A model generated the notes under the pieces. The model had not been told where the DNA came from. It saw nothing but the letters and a program-made list of their open reading frames with translations, and ran no database searches. The position numbers and the translations under genes are program-made. From positions 877,171 to 941,170 of the forward strand of contig NC_068997.1 of assembly GCF_001194135.2 (NCBI RefSeq): 64,000 nt of DNA. Direction: 5' to 3'. Origin of the DNA: Octopus bimaculoides. Lineage: Eukaryota. The first letter of the stretch is position 1; every line of letters starts with the position of its first letter. Of this stretch, positions 58,367-64,000 are shown one piece after another.

Positions 58367-58414
58367 TATCAATTTCTAATATTTTCTGTTCAGTTTGTGC
58401 ATCCTCTCGCATAC

Positions 58415-58447
<33 letters not shown>

Positions 58448-58582
58448 GAGAGAGATATGATCCACATGCGTGTGTATACCTTTTTTATTAAAGTTGCCAA
58501 AACTTTACAAAAAACAAAAAGACTGCTACTCAGAGTTTCACGTTCCCGATCCTTGGTCAGTTCTGATATACATATATGCCAT

Positions 58583-58850
58583 CTTTCGATAGCCGTACAT
58601 GTAAAGTGAAAACCTTTCTTCGGCAATTTCCGTAAAAAAAACCTTACATAGTTTTTTTCTTCTGAATCACTTATGTTTGTATATTTTTTGTATACACAAA
58701 ATATATATGTATATACATATACTTACAGCCACATAAACACACATATATACACAAAAAGTACATGAACACAAGTGATTCAGAAAATGAAAGAAAAAACATT
58801 TTTACGGAAATTGCCGAAAGCTTTCACTTTTCATGTACGGCTATCGAAAG
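58583..58850. repeat. Long imperfect inverted repeat (fold-back, MITE-like)
   Basis: Outer arms 58583-58638 and 58799-58850; inner arms about 58659-58700 and 58745-58783. Confidence 0.85.
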
Positions 58851-60099
58851 AATGTCTTATACGTATGTATGTATATCTATATACTAATATAAATAATATA
58901 TAAATATATTCATATATCCATACATATATGTACGTACCTACATCTATAAGTATACATACATGCATATATCGGTACAGGACATCACAAAAAAAAAAACGTT
59001 AAACACAATGAGAAACGAAAACAGAAAACGAACTTTTTTTCGAACAACGAAAAAAACAAAGAAACGAGACATGCAACATAAAGAATATTTCCCTTCATCA
59101 GTTGTCCCTGTCCATCTACTCCCCGGTTTCGAAGGTAAGGACAAATATATCTATGTACCCTTTCCCAACAAAGAGAAACCCGTGTTTGTGCAAGTGAATA
59201 GTCGTATGAATGACATCAACTGGTCAGATCAGTTCAACAGTGGCTTTTGTTGTAAGAAACCGTTGAGTTACCTCGGATGAGGAGACATTCCATCCGTGAT
59301 CATATAATTTAACGATATTCAAATCTACATTCTGCAATGTTTTTTTGTTTCTTTTTTTTTTTGTATTAGGATGTAGAGTAATTCGAGAGAATTTGCCTGT
59401 TATTTCTAGCTGGTTGAGATAAAAAGATATAGGATATCTCCTATTTGAACTAATGGAAAATGTAACTCGTTCAAGACATGCCTCTACCATTAACATCCAC
59501 TGGTGTCTTCTTCATAGATTTCCCTCTTTATTTGGTCTTTAAACGGTAGACACGTGTTAATTAAGCCATTATGTGGCTGACGAGATTTATAAACGAAGAT
59601 AGACAGACAGACAGACAAATAGATAGTCGAACCTGGAATAACCCCAGCCCCATCAAGCATGCATGCTATTATTCAGTTTTATTTCAAGATTTCTTGCCAA
59701 TAGAGAAAGAACTGGTTTCTAACCTAGATCCAAGGATCTTTCATTGGAATTTCAACATCAACAAGGGTGTTTTTTGTATGTATGTATGTACGTATGTATA
59801 TGTGTATGTATGTATGTATGTGTGCAGATTTGTGTTTTGTTTTATGTATGTCTTCTCATGCATATAGTTGCATATCTAGACATGCTCATATATACTTAAA
59901 TGATAAACATCTGGGAAGTTTTACAGATTATGCACGAATGTATGTATACACACATGCACGTACACACGCACTCAGACGCATATATGCGCGCGCATGTACT
60001 AGTATTTGTATAACAGAGACTGTGAAAGAGTCAGAGAAGAAATTACGGATGTGGTTACATAAAAAAAAACGAAATTACTCAATAGGCCTTATACTAACC

Positions 60100-60880
60100 T
60101 GAGTCAGAAAGAAAGACAGGATTCTGAAACCAATATGGAAATGGCCGAGCTCAGTATACAGAAATGGAGTTGGTAGGAATTCATTACGCTATACACAATA
60201 TGATCTACAGGTGCACAAGAGAGCGAAATCAAGGATAGACTGATAGTGAATAAAGACTTTGCCTGAATTAGATGTTGACCACAGGATATCGAGAATATGA
60301 ACTCCTTGCAATGCTCAGAAGGCATGAGACAGAAGTTTCAATTATGTAGGTGACCTTGGCAGCAGCTGAGGAGAATATTCTGAAAGCATCGTAACCAGAA
60401 TTAGAATATGGTGGTAAGAGTTCCGGAGGTTATCACTTTGGCTGCTGACCAAAGGATTCTCTCTCCCAGTGAAGGGAACATTGTACGACGCTTATGTACA
60501 AATTGCAATGCTGCATGATAGTGAGACAGCGGTAGGTGGGGATACTAAATACAGGTGGGTGTAAGTTGGAAAGAAACGAAGTGGTCATAATTTGATGGGT
60601 GTAGCGTAATGTAAGAGAAGGACGAAATACAAACGAGTGAGACACATAAAAGCTAGGTATAAGAGGAATCAGATGTGGTGTGTAAGAGTTTGTGCTAACA
60701 CGAACATATGAATATGTATGGATGATAGATGTGTGAAGCTGTACCAGGAGATTCGTGTAGAAAGCACCAGCGGAAGAAGATCAAGAAAGATAAAGGCAGA
60801 AGTAGTGAAGGTTGATCTCAAGAAGTGTTAGAGAAGACCCAACCAAATGATACAAGCATGAAAAATGGACATTAAAATGA
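60100..60880 (+). mobile_element. Highly degenerate RTE LINE fragment
   Basis: Residual similarity to the 41027-41352 frame (SF.Y.GD...RIRI.W) and to the RTE C-terminus (LGIRGIRCGV...GRRSRK...EVVKVDL). Confidence 0.55.
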
Positions 60881-62717
60881 TGATGGCAGCGGTGGTGGTG
60901 GTGGTATCGTCTGTTTATCGTGATAACAAGACAAAAGTTGAGGGAAATCATGAATAAAAGTGCGAAGGATGTTCAAGCGGTTGCAGTTCATAGAAGTAAT
61001 TAATATGGCATCTAGAGAAATACAACCTTTTATTCTTTATCAAAGTGAAAGATTATAAGTTGGACAGGTCGGTATCGGTGAAACTGATATTCAGTCGATG
61101 GACAAACTGCTGATGTTCGCTATAGGTTATTTTTATAACACTGAAACATGCCCTAAGTTATCGCCCTTATCATCCAAGAAACTCGTTCTCCACTGAACGG
61201 TTACATTTTATTTTATACTAATTTGAATTTTTGAGTTTGCAGTTAACGCAAATGATTTTCCCTTCTTATTACGGATGAAATGTTCAATTGACTTGAGGTG
61301 GAGTGGGAGGAGTTACGACGTTGTTGAATTTTGCAAACACCTTTGTATTAACGAAGAAGGGACTACCGAGAGACATTACAGTTCTCTGCTAACTGCCAGC
61401 TCTCTATGGTTTACTCACGTTGATATAGTTGTAATAATAATCCATACAGGGGTGTCTGACTATTTGTAGTTCAATGAGTGTATTGTGATTAAGGTTTAAT
61501 TCATTCTCCTCAGATACAACTGTTTTGATAGGCTTCCTAACAGGATGACGGAAAGACGGGTGAATTGATGGCACAAAGGTGTAGTACACAGCTTGCTGGA
61601 GAGGTAGGTGATAGACAACTTGAAGGAGGTGAGTGATAGACAACTTGCTTGGGAGGTGGATGATAAATTGCTAGGGAAGTGGGTCATAGACAACGACTTG
61701 GCTATCATTGTAGTTGTTACTGAGTTAGGTATGTAGTCAGATGGTTATTTTTAAAATCTCGTCTTTTTATTTGTGTGTGAAACAACAAAAAGACCCTTCA
61801 CCTATCTACGGGCCCCGGTGAATGAGCTGTACTTTAGCGAAGGCTGCACTTGTACGTTATATAGAATCTGTAAATGCTCACAGCTGAAATAATTTCTGGA
61901 CTTACGTTTGTGGTCGCTACTAATCCAGTAGGGTAATGAATAAATATTACAGCCTTACATCGCTTTGGCCATTTAAACCTTTGTGAGAAATGTTCTAATT
62001 TATCTGTAATTGTTTGAGTAGAACTGTGATGGAAGGCATTCAAACTATGAATGTAAGTTCGAATAGAAAAAACAGGAAAGGATAAAATATATTATTATTA
62101 TTTTTTTTTTGTCAAGTGTTTGATGGTGTGTATCGCATTGTATTCGATATTGCATAGTGCTTGATTTTCATACATAATATATAACACACATACATCTATA
62201 TATATATANNNNNNNNNNNNNNNNNNNNNNNNNNNNNNNNNNNNNNNNNNNNNNNNNNNNNNNNNNNNNNNNNNNNNNNNNNNNNNNNNNNNNNNNNNNN
62301 NNNNNNNNNNNNNNNNNNNNNNNNNNNNNNNNNNNNNNNNNNNNNNNNNNNNNNNNNNNNNNNNNNNNNNNNNNNNNNNNNNNNNNNNNNNNNNNNNNNN
62401 NNNNNNNNNNNNNNNNNNNNNNNNNNNNNNNNNNNNNNNNNNNNNNNNNNNNNNNNNNNNNNNNNNNNNNNNNNNNNNNNNNNNNNNNNNNNNNNNNNNN
62501 NNNNNNNNNNNNNNNNNNNNNNNNNNNNNNNNNNNNNNNNNNNNNNNNNNNNNNNNNNNNNNNNNNNNNNNNNNNNNNNNNNNNNNNNNNNNNNNNNNNN
62601 NNNNNNNNNNNNNNNNNNNNNNNNNNNNNNNNNNNNNNNNNNNNNNNNNNNNNNNNNNNNNNNNNNNNNNNNNNNNNNNNNNNNNNNNNNNNNNNNNNNN
62701 NNNNNNNNNNNNNNNNN

Positions 62718-62767
<50 letters not shown>

Positions 62768-63619
62768 GTTTACCCAGTGCTATATATACGTTCACCTCAC
62801 CCATATCTTGCATTGTTAAATACCTGTTCATCTTCAACTTTATTTTGTGCGTGAGGGACTCCATTGTTCAATTTGTCCTTTATTTAAACCGCTAGGATAT
62901 GTGAGGGGAATGAAATTTGGCTGCTATTTTAAGCACATCGAGTGACCACTTAGAGGCTCCTTCTTTGATTCAAGTCGTGTAGAGTTGAAGATGAGGTAGA
63001 GAGGGAGGCAAAAATAGAGAGAGAGTCTAGTGTCAACAAGTTTTGTCGTAGGAGGAAGAAAATACGGCGGGAATTTCATTGAGTTTGGTGTCAAAAGGCG
63101 GAGACAAGTAGCCTTGAGACTATCTATGTGCTGGTCGTGTTGATTGTGACTGGCTGTTGTGTACAGATTTTGGCATTAATTAAAAAAAAAACTGGTAAGA
63201 CAAATGAAATAGATAGCTACCAGAGAATGTCTACAACTAAGTTGAGGTGTCCTATTATTTTTATTGTAATGTCGTAAATCCAGTTATAATTTATCAGACT
63301 AGAGAAGAGGTGGAGAGCTTGGCATAATTGAAGATCGTATTATCTTGCATTACAGTATTTTGTTTCTAAGCTCTATATTTTAGGTTCGAATACTCTTGTC
63401 TTTGGATGAAAAATAGATTTGATTGAATCTTCCGTATCCTGCAAAATTTTCATTCGTGTTTGTGTTTGTGTAGGAAAGAGATATCTGATATTCTGGCGTT
63501 AAATGGGTCAGAAAGATCCAATGGGTGTTTGTTTAAAGCTGCAGAGTAACATATTTCAGTAACAGAGTGGGAGTGGCGTGTGAATGTAGGTGTTCACACA
63601 CACACACACACACATCTTT

Positions 63620-64000
63620 TATCTCTTACTTATTTCAATCATTTGACAGCGGCCATGCTAGAGCACCGCCTTGAAGGGTTTTAGTCGAACAAATCGACCC
63701 CAGGACTTATTTCTTAAGCCCAGTAGTTATTCTATCGGTGGTTTTTGCCGAACTGCTATGTCACGAGGACCGTAAACACACCGCCCTGGTTGTCAAGCGT
63801 GATGGAGGACAAACACAGACGCACACATAAATATATACTTATACACACACACACATAGTTTCCGTCTACCAAATCCACTCACAAGCTTTGGTCTGCCCGA
63901 GGCTAAAGTAGAAGACACTTGCCCAAGGTACCAAGCAGTGGGACTGAACATAGATACATATGGTTGGTAAGCAAGCTTCTTTCCACACACCCACGCCTAT
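63620..64000 (-). mobile_element. SINE family A, near full length
   Basis: Matches the consensus of the other copies. Confidence 0.85.

Overview
AT-rich, microsatellite- and transposon-dense eukaryotic DNA with many N gaps. The repeat families look like those of an octopod cephalopod, probably Octopus; this is inferred from recalled families and not verified. The only host protein-coding gene I can support is a complete minus-strand CDK2 with 8 coding exons (56931 to 11149, 894 bp CDS, 297 aa). All seven introns are GT-AG and the frame is continuous: [297 protein letters not shown]. Its probable promoter (57.3-57.7 kb) has two E2F sites and an ETS-CRE composite motif. The remainder is degenerate mobile DNA (L1/Tx1, RTE and R4-like LINEs, Penelope-like elements, tRNA-type SINEs, mariner/maT/Tigger remnants, hAT/Tc1/piggyBac-type MITEs, Helitrons) plus microsatellites. 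I found no demonstrably new enzymatic system. The most unusual signal is the density of fold-back (dsRNA-forming) structures in CDK2 intron 1: three clustered hairpins (two directly abutting) at 53.8-54.8 kb, a 29-bp stem 100 nt from exon 2, and inverted SINE/MITE pairs. Also notable are transposon chimeras, including a hAT MITE carrying a mariner segment, a SINE sharing a LINE-type tail, and a probable LINE end encoding two C2H2 fingers.
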